Shown one piece after another: positions 41,523-51,619 of a stretch of DNA of 64,000 nucleotides; within the stretch, counting starts at the first letter, position 1; each line of letters begins with the position of its first letter. A program made the position numbers and the translations under genes. The stretch spans positions 128,001 through 192,000 of the forward strand of contig CAXXMV010000001.1 of NCBI GenBank assembly GCA_963662285.2. The letters are read 5' to 3'. A model generated the notes under the pieces. It saw nothing but the letters and a program-made list of their open reading frames with translations. It did not search any database and was not told the DNA's origin. The DNA comes from a bacterium (GTDB taxonomy: Bacteria > Hinthialibacterota > Hinthialibacteria > Hinthialibacterales > Hinthialibacteraceae).

Positions 41523-43181
41523 CTATAGCATAAGAATTAACTGCGTACCACCAATAAGAAGAAGGACAACGCCCCATGCCGCCACAAATCCCAAACACGA
41601 TACACGATCTGGTTTAACAATGAACAATCCCCCACGATTAAACAAACGCTGTGAAGGAGGAATCGCTTCTGCTAAAGGCAGCGATAATTTGTTTTCTTGG
41701 CCGATGGGTGTATGAATTTTGACGAAAAAGGAATCTACTCGATCTGCTTCTGGCTTTTGAGTGCAAAGACTTATGATCCATCCTGCAATAATTCCAGCAG
41801 GGATAAAGAGCATGGTTTGATACGCGATTGCCGGTGCTACACCAAATTGGGATACAGGGAAAATAAATAGTTTGGCTGTATAAAGTACTGTTGTCGCGAT
41901 TATAAAACTGGCAAAAACACCTGCTGTATTCATTCTTCGCCAGAATATCCCCATCCAGAACGCAATACCGATCGAGGCTGTGGTTTGAAAGAAAGTAAAA
42001 GCTCCTTCAAGGACTGTCGGGAATAAAGATGAAAAAAGGATAGCGGTAACAACAATAACAACACTTGCAATACGTGCAACAAAGAGGTAATGCGCTTCCG
42101 TTTTTCCAGTGTTGAGATGAGCACGATAGAGATTGTCTGTGAATAAAGCAGAGGTCGATATCATCAGGGCATCACATGTGGACATCGCTGCTGACATGAT
42201 ACTGGCCAGCATGATCCCTCGCAGTCCAATAGGTAACAGATCCGCTACGGCATAACCAAACGCATGCTCGGATTGATTTTCCAGACCCAAATTTGGATAA
42301 AGTACAATGGCGCAAACACCGATCAACGCCCATCCAAGCGTGCATATCCGTTTAAGAAAATTTCCATACGTCATACCGACGCGGCCTTCCCATTCGGTTT
42401 TGCCCGCTGATGTCGTAGCCATGACTTGCGATTGCGCAACAATCCCAACCATGGCGTTCAATGATAAAAGAGCAATGACTGGAACTGTTATCGTATGTGC
42501 GGAAATCAGGTTAAGAATATCGGGACCAGCCTGATCACGAATGGCTTGGAATCCTCCAACCGAATACAACGCATATGGCACCATAAGAAACGAGAGTATA
42601 ATAATGAAGATGCCTTGAATCATATCGGTAATAACGGCTGCAACCAAACCGCCCGCAATGCCGTACACAATGAAGGATACAGTCATAAACCCGATGGCCG
42701 TGGATTGGGAGATGGCTCCATCCGTCATGGAAGAGATTACCAATCCTGTCCCTTGAAGCATGATCCCAATATTTAGGGTGATCGAAATAACACTGACAAA
42801 AACGAAAAGTAACGATGCCGATGATCCGTAACGATCATGGAATAATTCGGCAGTAGTAAGACAACGGCTTCGCCGGAACACGGGAGCAAGAAGCCAATAA
42901 AAAGGCGTGGTAAACATCCATTGCCATTGCGCCCATATCCCCGACATTCCATTGCGGTAACACGCGCCTGTTACGGCGACGGCTTGATCGGTATGGGTTC
43001 CAGCGCCAAATGAATGAAAGATCATCAGAACCTTTCCAAAACGGCGTCCGGCCATGTAAAAATCTTCACGAGACCGTATAGACGATTTCGTACGATACCC
43101 GATCCAGGTGATACAAACCAAATAAACGGCAATTGCCGTCCAATCCAAGGAGTGAAGGCCAAACAGATTCATCGCAATCAA
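41523..43181 (-). CDS. Sodium:solute symporter family transporter
   Basis: Many TM helices, DFYMAGR, GGLVAAVITD, SAAMST. Confidence 0.9.
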   Translation of the reverse strand: MIAMNLFGLHSLDWTAIAVYLVCITWIGYRTKSSIRSREDFYMAGRRFGKVLMIFHSFGAGTHTDQAVAVTGACYRNGMSGIWAQWQWMFTTPFYWLLAPVFRRSRCLTTAELFHDRYGSSASLLFVFVSVISITLNIGIMLQGTGLVISSMTDGAISQSTAIGFMTVSFIVYGIAGGLVAAVITDMIQGIFIIILSFLMVPYALYSVGGFQAIRDQAGPDILNLISAHTITVPVIALLSLNAMVGIVAQSQVMATTSAGKTEWEGRVGMTYGNFLKRICTLGWALIGVCAIVLYPNLGLENQSEHAFGYAVADLLPIGLRGIMLASIMSAAMSTCDALMISTSALFTDNLYRAHLNTGKTEAHYLFVARIASVVIVVTAILFSSLFPTVLEGAFTFFQTTASIGIAFWMGIFWRRMNTAGVFASFIIATTVLYTAKLFIFPVSQFGVAPAIAYQTMLFIPAGIIAGWIISLCTQKPEADRVDSFFVKIHTPIGQENKLSLPLAEAIPPSQRLFNRGGLFIVKPDRVSCLGFVAAWGVVLLLIGGTQLILML

Positions 43182-44111
43182 TTACCTTTTAACAATTTCC
43201 GAAATATACGTTTGGTATTTAGAAATGAGGAAATCATCAGTTATGTTCTTGTTTTGGAAAATATATAAACCGAAACTCAAGGAGAAGCGTTCGCCTTTTT
43301 GGATAGAAATAGTGCTTTTTTCTTTTTGGGTGAATGCGTTTCGCCCAAAGGGATTCGCTGTCAATAATCCATAGTCTCTTGCGTGAAACCATGACGATCG
43401 AAAATTACCTGGTGCGGTCATTAGAAGCGCTCCCAAGAATTCTCCGGAAGTATTTTTTCCATAGTATGCACACCAAGGCGATTGAACTCCCCATACTTTC
43501 TTTTCATTCTGGTATCCCTGCTGATTAAGAATTGTACCGCCATTCTTGGCGATCAAAGGAGTTGCCATCCGAATTCCGAATCCCATTTCTTCCTGATCAC
43601 CAAAGTAGAATGGATCATTTGTTGAAAAGAAAACTGAATCCCAAAAAATATAAACGCCATTATTATCATACGATACACGAATCGAACATTCTTCCTGACA
43701 AATGATTGTGGCATCATTCATATAATGATTTAAAACGGAAAACGAACCTTGCTTGTTTCCTGGTTTTGGTTGTTCGACAAAGCGGACATGCTTAACGTGA
43801 GATTTATTACGCCAAAAGTCATGCCCGTTAAGATCGCCGAATGCCATCCACAAACCGGGATGATATTCGGCATGATCGGTACGGTCTTTTCCTTCGATGG
43901 GAGGATGGTTCCGGGTGATTTGCTCACCTTGAAGCGTTCGTATGGTATGGAAATAGGGCCGGTATATTTGTTTATCCTGGAATACATAGGTGGCAAGCGG
44001 TTTTGTGTTTACGGTGATATCTAACGAATTTGAATTTCGTGAAAATTCAACTTGAGCATACACGAGTGGTGAAACACAAACCAACAAAAAAAGTATAAGT
44101 GTCAATCTCAT
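43182..44111 (-). CDS. Secreted PmoA-like (DUF6807-type) protein
   Basis: RPYFH, DHAEYHPGLW, DFW, WFHARDYGLLTANPFG motifs. Confidence 0.7.
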   Translation of the reverse strand: MRLTLILFLLVCVSPLVYAQVEFSRNSNSLDITVNTKPLATYVFQDKQIYRPYFHTIRTLQGEQITRNHPPIEGKDRTDHAEYHPGLWMAFGDLNGHDFWRNKSHVKHVRFVEQPKPGNKQGSFSVLNHYMNDATIICQEECSIRVSYDNNGVYIFWDSVFFSTNDPFYFGDQEEMGFGIRMATPLIAKNGGTILNQQGYQNEKKVWGVQSPWCAYYGKNTSGEFLGALLMTAPGNFRSSWFHARDYGLLTANPFGRNAFTQKEKSTISIQKGERFSLSFGLYIFQNKNITDDFLISKYQTYISEIVKR

Positions 44112-44114
44112 GAT

Positions 44115-45389
44115 TTATCCTATCTTGGGCAATTCATAGCCTTTTCGATATTCTCGTCCTAATAGTTTCGCAGCGGAAGAATCATTCGTGATTTCATAAT
44201 TCGAAGAATTAACAAGCAGTTGATTCTGGATTCGAGTGGAAATGTTGCCCAAATGACAAAGCGCAACGGAAAAGAAGCCTTCCGTAATTGGAGCGTTTAA
44301 TGCTTTTGGATTGTTTTCTTTTACACTCAAAATAAAATTTTTGATGTTTGCATCTAAATCACCGCTGCCGCCAAGTTTTTCGCGTGCGCCGTCTTTCCAA
44401 ATGACATGACTGCCATCCCTCCCAATTTCCAGTCGGCCTTCATCGCCGTAGAAGACCGTGCCGTTATCATGGCCTTCCAATTTGTAATCGGTCCATAAAC
44501 GCATTTCATAAACCAAGTGGATACCATTATATTCATAGATTATGGTTTGAGTATCCGGGGTTTGGTGATCGTCTTGATAAAACAGTTGTCCACCGCTTCC
44601 AGATACCCGAGAAGGGTGGATTACCTTAAGGCCCCACCGGGCCACGTCGATTTGATGCGTCCCGTCGTTGCCGATGTCGCCGGTTCCATAATCCCAAAAC
44701 CAATGCCAGTTATAATGCCATCGATTTGGGGTGAAAGCATGAACCGGCGCCGGTCCAAGCCATAAATCATAGTTAACGCCTTGAGGTGGTGATTCAGGAT
44801 TCGCTGTTCCGATTGGTTTGCGCAATTGATGATTGATTGCTTTAGCCATACGGATTTTACCTAACTTGCCGCTTTGTAAAAATTTCATGGATTTTTTAAC
44901 ACCTTCGCCACTGCGGCTTTGGGTTCCATGCTGAATACATTTATTTTCTTGCTTGGCACATTGAACGAGCTGTAAACCTTCATGAATATTGTGGCAGCAG
45001 GGCTTTTCTACATAAACATGCTTTCCCGCCAGCATGGCTTCCATGGCAATTTTTGCGTGCCAATGGTCTGGAGTGGCAATACTTACTGTATCGATTGACG
45101 GATCGGCGAGCAGTTTGCGGTAATCCCCATATATATTTTGCTCTTGGGTGATATTTACCAATCTAGCAGCTTTAACTCTTCGTTTAGGATCGACATCACA
45201 TACCGCAACCACTTGGCAATGGTCGGAAAAAGAGTGAAACCTTTGGCAATGATTCTGCCCCTGATTCCCTAAACCAATTACAGCGTGATTGATTCTTTCA
45301 TTGGCTGTAGAATAAGTTGATTTAGTTGACAAGACCAAGGGCGCCATGGTCGCTATTTTGATCATTCGGCGTCGATTGGTTTTTCTCAT
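44115..45389 (-). CDS. Tat-exported Gfo/Idh/MocA oxidoreductase
   Basis: NRRRMIK signal, IGLGNQG, TPDHWH, VEKP, WDYGTGDIGNDGTH. Confidence 0.9.
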   Translation of the reverse strand: MRKTNRRRMIKIATMAPLVLSTKSTYSTANERINHAVIGLGNQGQNHCQRFHSFSDHCQVVAVCDVDPKRRVKAARLVNITQEQNIYGDYRKLLADPSIDTVSIATPDHWHAKIAMEAMLAGKHVYVEKPCCHNIHEGLQLVQCAKQENKCIQHGTQSRSGEGVKKSMKFLQSGKLGKIRMAKAINHQLRKPIGTANPESPPQGVNYDLWLGPAPVHAFTPNRWHYNWHWFWDYGTGDIGNDGTHQIDVARWGLKVIHPSRVSGSGGQLFYQDDHQTPDTQTIIYEYNGIHLVYEMRLWTDYKLEGHDNGTVFYGDEGRLEIGRDGSHVIWKDGAREKLGGSGDLDANIKNFILSVKENNPKALNAPITEGFFSVALCHLGNISTRIQNQLLVNSSNYEITNDSSAAKLLGREYRKGYELPKIG

Positions 45390-45426
45390 GTTACCCTCCT
45401 GCTTTTCTACAGTTTTTAGATAATTT

Positions 45427-45611
45427 GTAACTGGTCAGCCAATTGAAGTGCGTTATCCCTCCCCCAAGCCTGGGGGAAGTCAGGTGGGGGTTGATTCGTT
45501 GAAACGCAACCCCCCCTCTAACTCCCCCCAAACTTGTGGGAAAATTTTAATAAAAAAGCCTTGGATAAAACATAGTTATAGTGTTACTACTTCATATGGC
45601 TGACCTGTTAC
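45427..45611. mobile_element. 185-bp MITE with GTAA ends and 8-bp target duplication
   Basis: Left end gtaactggtcagccaattgaagt versus reverse complement of right end gtaacaggtcagccatatgaagt. Flanked on both sides by gataattt (45419-45426 and 45612-45619). Confidence 0.88.
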
Positions 45612-45899
45612 GATAATTTTTATTGCTTAACACTATTGCAAATAGTTCTTAGATGGTTGAATTATCTGAGTTTAATATTCAATCACAACAATCTGTTTTT
45701 TTCAATAGGACTCAAAAGAATTCAGATGAAGATTCGTTTTGATTATGTGATTTCTATACAGTTCCACATAATATTGAGCGTTTTATTCCTCAATATCGAT
45801 TGATTGGCGTGTTTATTTAAGGTGGTGAGAGTTTTATAATGGATAAATTCATGATGAACTGAATATCGATTTTTGGAATTTAGATAAATGGGATTCGAG

Positions 45900-46405
45900 A
45901 TGAAATATACTTTGTTTGTTTTGTTGATTATGCTTGTCGGCGTTTTTGCCAATGTGGGCCTTAGTACTGAACTAGATTGGAATGATGTTGAAAGATTGTA
46001 ACCGCCGAGACTGTATAGTCCTCAGCCTGAGCGTTACCGCTTTGGCCATGTCGATATCCATAATCCAGAGTTTTATCCAATTCCACAAACTCCAGTTACC
46101 CGCGATGCCTATATGAAATGGCTGGAAGATTCGGGAATGTTGGATTATGTGAAACAGCCCAAACACGGACTCAACGGACCGACTCAACTATTGCCTTGTC
46201 TGGCGAAACTCGTTCAAACAGATGACCCCAAATGGGGCGAGGCTTGTATCGTCATGCTGAAGGATTTTCATCGTGCGCTGATTCAAGAAGTAAACGAAAA
46301 AGGTTGGACGGAACAGTTCGCGGAGCCTCCCGCATTTCTTCCCCTGTATAGAAAATACCTCATTTAAGCAAACTTGATGCAGCCGGATGAACCTTGGTTT
46401 AAGGA
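45900..46405 (+). pseudogene. Truncated secreted-protein pseudogene
   Basis: MKYTLFVLLIMLVGVFA signal peptide, in-frame TAA at 45999 and 46365, cut off at the IS200 end. Confidence 0.7.
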
Positions 46406-46590
46406 GTCATCTACCTCCGGCAAAGCCGGAGGCTTGATATTGTGAACCGCTCAAAGCGGATTATTTTATGCGCCGCCTAAAGGCGACATCTACTATTCAA
46501 ACAAATTCGTCTGATCCAAACGTTTATCCTCTTTCTCCTGTTCCTGAATATATTTTCGAATCATTGCTTCATCTCTTCCTACAGTAGAAA
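46406..46590 (-). mobile_element. tnpA: IS200/IS605-family remnant (tnpA 3' end and right-end hairpins)
   Basis: Minus strand VSTVGRDEAMIRKYIQEQEKEDKRLDQTNLFE* is a typical Y1 TnpA C-terminus. Hairpin cctccggc-aaa-gccggagg at 46414-46432. Confidence 0.8.
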
Positions 46591-47793
46591 CTAAATAACT
46601 GATCCTCGATATCAGACACATACAAAAGAATCATGTGAACTTTGATTTAGGATATGGACTTACATCCTCAAGAAACTGTTCAACCGACTGCATTAGCTTT
46701 TCCATTGATGGAAATTGATGATTTCTGGTAATGTTATCATGCAATTGCTTCCAAAGCGTTTCTATCTTGTTTTCGACTGGACTATAGGGAGGGAGAAAAT
46801 GGAGTTTTAATCGTTCTCCATGTTTTTTCATCCAACGCATTGTCTCCTGGCTCTTGTGGATAATGTAATTATCCAAGATAAGGTGAATCACGCGATATCG
46901 ACGATAGCGATAGAGAAGGTCCTTCAACATATCAATGAATAATTTGCTGTTCTTTCGTTTCTCCACCGTCCAAGTCACATTTCCCGTTTTTATATTCAAT
47001 GTCCCGGCGATATAACGTTTTTCATTGACGCCCGGTGTGGGTATTTTTTTTTGTTGATTGGGCAACATATAATCACTTCCTATTCGAGGATTGAGATCAA
47101 CATCTGCTTCATCCTGATAAAAAATCGTTTCGTCATGCGGCATATTTTCCACTAAACGGTGAATCTCTTCAATTCGTTTTTTACGCCCTTTAATAGGGAG
47201 CCTGAGCACCGGACACGCTCGTCTGCGATGGATGTTCAGCCTACGAAGCATTTTCCCCAAGTAGGTTCGCGATAATTCTATCCCGGTTAATTTTTTCATC
47301 TGTTTGGTTAGAAGTTCCTGAGTCCAGGTACTGCGATTCCAACCATAATCTCGAGGAGATTTAGGTATTAATTGTAATAAAGTTGTCAAATAATCAGATG
47401 TGACTTTGCTGGGATGAGCCTCCAATCGTTGATCTTTTAATCCTTGTTCTCCTTCTTCCCGGAACTGGTTGAAAGTTTTGTACACCATTGATCGGGCGCA
47501 CTTTACAGTACGTCGAATATCAGTAGGCGATCTGTTTTCAGCTAACAAAATGATGATTTGATATCGCTGACGAGTATCGGCGCAACGGATTTTTTTTGAT
47601 TGACGCATCAATTTCCTTTTGACTTGCCGTGATATTTTGAATATAATTTGTAACATCAGAAGGCCTCCTTTGGGATTATGATTGATGTCATATCCACATT
47701 ATAAGGGAGGTCTTTTGACTTGTCTGGCCTTTCTGTAACTTATTAGTTTGTTTTTACTTACATAGTGTCCGAGATTTTAAATCATCTATTTAG
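46591..47793 (-). mobile_element. IS630-family insertion sequence
   Basis: Imperfect terminal IRs ctaaataactgat...cagacac and ctaaatagatgat...cggacac around the transposase. Ends are accurate to a few bp. Confidence 0.8.
46631..47656 (-). CDS. IS630-family DDE transposase
   Basis: HTH region with WT motif, YQDEAD, LILDNYIIHK, FLPPYSPVENKIE. Confidence 0.93.
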   Translation of the reverse strand: MLQIIFKISRQVKRKLMRQSKKIRCADTRQRYQIIILLAENRSPTDIRRTVKCARSMVYKTFNQFREEGEQGLKDQRLEAHPSKVTSDYLTTLLQLIPKSPRDYGWNRSTWTQELLTKQMKKLTGIELSRTYLGKMLRRLNIHRRRACPVLRLPIKGRKKRIEEIHRLVENMPHDETIFYQDEADVDLNPRIGSDYMLPNQQKKIPTPGVNEKRYIAGTLNIKTGNVTWTVEKRKNSKLFIDMLKDLLYRYRRYRVIHLILDNYIIHKSQETMRWMKKHGERLKLHFLPPYSPVENKIETLWKQLHDNITRNHQFPSMEKLMQSVEQFLEDVSPYPKSKFT

Positions 47794-49226
47794 GCGAAGG
47801 CGTCATGTTCCTTCTCCAGGAAGCCCTGGATGCGGTTTATAAAGCCTTTAATGTTTACCCAGGTAAACCGGAGAAATACCCTACCTTCGAAGACATTCTG
47901 GAATGGCTGGAAAAACACCCTGCCAAAGGCCGAAAAGCTCTTTGGATGGATTCCACCATGCGAGGCGTAAAATCCATCTGCTTCGGTCACATGGGAAAAG
48001 TCGTCAACACCGCCGTTCAACCAAACCTCGCGTCGCTCCTAGAGAAAAACGTGATCCTGGAATTAGACGGCCTCACCAATGCCGATAAAACCTTCATCAT
48101 CGAATCACTATTGCTCTGGATTCACCATTACCGCCTAGCACAACCACAACGGGAAACCTTCAAGCACGCCATGATCATCGAAGAAGCCCACCACATCCTT
48201 TTAAAAAGAACTGGCGGTCAGGGAGGAGAAGCAGTCACCGACACTATCCTGCGAGAAATCCGCGAACTAGGCGAAGCCATCATCCTGGTCGATCAACACC
48301 CCAGCCTGATCTCCATCCCCGCCTTGGGAAACACCTACACAACCATCGCCATGAACCTTAAACATCGATCAGATGTCAACGCCATCGGAGCAGCCATGTT
48401 GATGGATAACGAAGAAAAAGACATCTTTGGACGTCTCCCCATCGGAATGGCGGTCATCAAACTCCAAGGGCGCTGGCTACAACCATTCCAAATCAAGATC
48501 CCACACCGAAACATACCAAAAGGAGCAATCAACGATTCAAAACTCGCCTGCATCATGAAAGAGAGAAATCCCTTTTCGAATCAAAAACCAGATAAATCGA
48601 GCGTAAGTATCCAACCGGAAGAACAACCAATCGAATTATCCGAGAAAGAACTCGGATTCCTCGTTCACGTACACGAGCAACCGTTCCTCGGAACTGTCGA
48701 GCGCTACCGGCAATTAAACCTAAGCCGCCGTAAAGGAAACGCGATCCGGCAGCAATGTCTGGATAAAGGCCTACTTAAAACAGTCGATATCCCCACTAAA
48801 AGCGGCAAAGTTGTCCTCGTCGAGTTATCCGAGAAAGGAAGAAAACAACTCGTCTTACTCGGACACACCATCCCGAATCGATCTCGCTGGGGAAGCACGG
48901 AACACGAGTTCTGGAAACACAAAGCCGCAAGAAAAATCAGAGATCGAGGATGGAAAGCGGCAATCGAAGAATCCAACCAAGGATTTACCGATATCGTTGC
49001 AACAAAAGCAAAACACAAAATCGCGGTTGAAATCGAAACCGGCAAGTCAGACTGGCGATCCAACATTCAAAAAAACATCCAAAGCGGATTCAAAAACATA
49101 CTGATCCTGGCCACAAACCAAACCACACTCCAAAAAATCACCCAAGAAATCCTGGAAATGAAAACCAAAATCAACATCAAAACCATAACAGCCCAAGAAT
49201 TCCTGGAATTACCCGAAACAAAATGA
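47794..49226 (+). pseudogene. 5'-truncated HerA/VirB4-like P-loop ATPase fused to winged-helix and PD-(D/E)xK-like domains
   Basis: Walker B IIEEAH, LREIRELG, VDQHP, C-terminal GFTDIV...IAVEIETG. No Walker A, and the reading frame runs directly into the IS630 end. Confidence 0.7.
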
Positions 49227-49469
49227 AATAAGTCAAAACTCGAAAAAGAAGGATGAATTGAAGAGATATCACCGATTCCAAAGCGAAATGGTCGATTAAA
49301 CTGATATAGAGATAGTATTAGGTCATTCCCTCTAATGATAAGAATCTTGGAATCCAAGCGGAATCTCCGATTCAGACTTCAATTCCAAGATTCTATGATC
49401 AATATCCAAAGAGGATATCTCTGTATTTATAAAAATCTGACTACATTTTTTTCCTTCTCTGTTATTTCG

Positions 49470-49496
49470 ATTGAGTGATTAAAAAGTGTGTTAAGA
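49470..49496 (+). other. attI-like site / 5' core site of the first gene cassette
   Basis: GATTAAAAAGTGT-GTTAAGA. GTTAAGA (49490-49496) is the exact reverse complement of TCTTAAC, which opens the attC at 51620. Confidence 0.55.
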
Positions 49497-49506
49497 CAAT
49501 AAAATC

Positions 49507-49535
49507 TTGAAATTCACTAAAATGTGTCGTAACAT
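49507..49535 (+). promoter_or_regulatory. Sigma70-like promoter inside the first cassette
   Basis: TTGAAA - 17 bp - TAACAT, about 45 bp upstream of the GTG start. Confidence 0.45.
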
Positions 49536-49580
49536 ACTTAAAACATTTAATTAATTGAAAGTCGAAGAACAAAGGTTCTA

Positions 49581-51596
49581 GTGAAAAGAACACCAATCAG
49601 TCAAAAAACAGTGAAACGTCTTTTCGCGGCCTCTGGCGGAATTTGTGCATTTCCAGGTTGCAATACGAGACTGGTTGATCCAGATTCTGGTGCACTACTC
49701 GGTGAGATGTGCCATATTCACGCTGCTTCACTTGGCGGTCCGCGATATGATCCTTCATTATCTGACGATGATCGAAATAAAGACAGCAACTTGATTATTC
49801 TCTGCCCTACCCATCACAGCCTAATCGATCAGGATGAGGAGACTTATACCTCAGCAAAGTTGAAATCCATCAAAAATACCCACGAAGAGACTGTAATTGC
49901 GATTTTATCCGCAAGCAACACATCGACTATCAAAGAAACTCAGACTTCAGACCTTGCTCGCCAAATTGATTCTGAGTCGGTTGATTTTGCTATTGTGGTA
50001 GCACTCAAAAAAGAATTTGAGGCATTACAACACTACATACCTGAACTTGAACAAGTCACAAGTACCAACGAAGACATGCGGTCATATTACAAAGCAACAC
50101 TTTCTGCAGTTGGAGGTAGCTGTTACAGAATAGTTGTTACCCTATTACCAACTATGGGTAATCTCGATGCTGCACATGCAACAGCTGATTTAATCAATCG
50201 CTGGAATCCACGATACATTCTTGTTACGGGATTAGCAGGAGGTCTGAACCGACAATCTCAGAATTTTGGTGATATTGTTGCTTCTGAAGCGATTGTTTAC
50301 TACGAGCCGGGGAAAGTGCAAGATGGCACAATTGAACCTAGAAACAGACAGTTCTTAGCAGACCGTCGGCTTCTCGATGGATTGCAGAATCTTCGGGACA
50401 CAAACTGGAAGTATTCACTTCCAGAACGCCCTGATGGTAAACCTTCATCCATTGAAATTCCGAGAATACACATTGGCCCAATCGCATCTGGTGAGAAGGT
50501 TATTGCATCGGATGAAGAAGTTTCCAGGCTTTTGTCAAGTCAACGTAACCTAATCGGTATTGAAATGGAGAGCGCAGGAGTGGCTTCCGCCGCTTTTAGT
50601 GCTTTAAAAAAGATTGGATTTATCACCATTAGATCGATTTGTGACTTCGCAGATAACCAGAAAAACGACAACTGGCATTCATATGCGGCACATGCAGCCG
50701 CGGCTTGTCTCCGAGCATTCCTAGTGAGTCGTCCAGTTGGACCATCCGAAGGAGATTGGCCCACACCCCAAACCAGAGGTGAATCTCTTTCGGAAGATCC
50801 TTTAAAACAGAGAAAATTACTTTTTAATGAATTATGCTCGGCTTTTGATATGGAAGATTTTAAGAGTTTTTGCTTCGTCCTTGGGGTGGACGTAGATGAA
50901 TTACCTGGTGATAAGAAATCGGCAAGAGTAAGGGAACTGATATTGCTTTTCGAGCGACAAGGACAAATAGATGCCTTGGAGGAAGCGTTCAGCGATTTCC
51001 GTTTTAATTCAATCGATACTCAGATTAACAACGTAGAAATTATTCAATCAGAGAAAAAAGATAGCATACTACTTAAAGATTACTTTTTAATTGGATGTGG
51101 GATTGGAAATCGCATGGTTATTTTACCAGTTCCACCAGGAAACGCTGAAGACAAAGCTTTATCTGAGTTTGCAGAAAAACTTCATAAACTTGATTTAGGC
51201 AATTCCGAAATACCACAACGGCTTTCAAATATCGCGAAAACTTTGGCAGACAATGAAAACAAGGAAAAAGTCAAATCTGCTTTAGATCAATATTTTGATA
51301 TAATGAACGACTTACCAGATCTTATACACAAAGTAAGTACAGATGAACAGTATAAAGTTATGAACCTTGGTAAACTACTTTTTGAAATTCCAACACTTGC
51401 ATATATTGAAAAAAATAATAATGAGTTGTTACCAACAATTATTGCGTTAGAATCAATAGTGGCACAAGTCGAAATAACCCCAAATATAAAAAAAGAACTA
51501 CTAAATCATATAAAATCTATTCGTGAAGAAGAAGATTATGAATTGTTGATGGATCAGACAAACAAACTTTCAAGAACTATTTACATGGTGCTCTAA
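49581..51596 (+). CDS. HNH endonuclease - purine nucleoside phosphorylase/MTAN - effector-associated (EAD7-like) domain fusion, candidate defence protein
   Basis: SGGICAFPGC...CHIHA...GPRYD...NLIILCPTHH (HNH). AIVVALKKEF, TGLAGG, IASGEKVI, IEMESAG, IRSICDFAD (PNP_UDP_1). FDMEDFKSFCFVLGVDVDELPGDKKSARVRELI (EAD7-like). Confidence 0.85.
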   Translation: MKRTPISQKTVKRLFAASGGICAFPGCNTRLVDPDSGALLGEMCHIHAASLGGPRYDPSLSDDDRNKDSNLIILCPTHHSLIDQDEETYTSAKLKSIKNTHEETVIAILSASNTSTIKETQTSDLARQIDSESVDFAIVVALKKEFEALQHYIPELEQVTSTNEDMRSYYKATLSAVGGSCYRIVVTLLPTMGNLDAAHATADLINRWNPRYILVTGLAGGLNRQSQNFGDIVASEAIVYYEPGKVQDGTIEPRNRQFLADRRLLDGLQNLRDTNWKYSLPERPDGKPSSIEIPRIHIGPIASGEKVIASDEEVSRLLSSQRNLIGIEMESAGVASAAFSALKKIGFITIRSICDFADNQKNDNWHSYAAHAAAACLRAFLVSRPVGPSEGDWPTPQTRGESLSEDPLKQRKLLFNELCSAFDMEDFKSFCFVLGVDVDELPGDKKSARVRELILLFERQGQIDALEEAFSDFRFNSIDTQINNVEIIQSEKKDSILLKDYFLIGCGIGNRMVILPVPPGNAEDKALSEFAEKLHKLDLGNSEIPQRLSNIAKTLADNENKEKVKSALDQYFDIMNDLPDLIHKVSTDEQYKVMNLGKLLFEIPTLAYIEKNNNELLPTIIALESIVAQVEITPNIKKELLNHIKSIREEEDYELLMDQTNKLSRTIYMVL

Positions 51597-51619
51597 ACAT
51601 GCAACAATTTCTAAAAATA

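Noticed and set aside
43182-44111. Particulate methane monooxygenase subunit
   Set aside because: Soluble secreted protein with no pmoCAB context. The family name is misleading.
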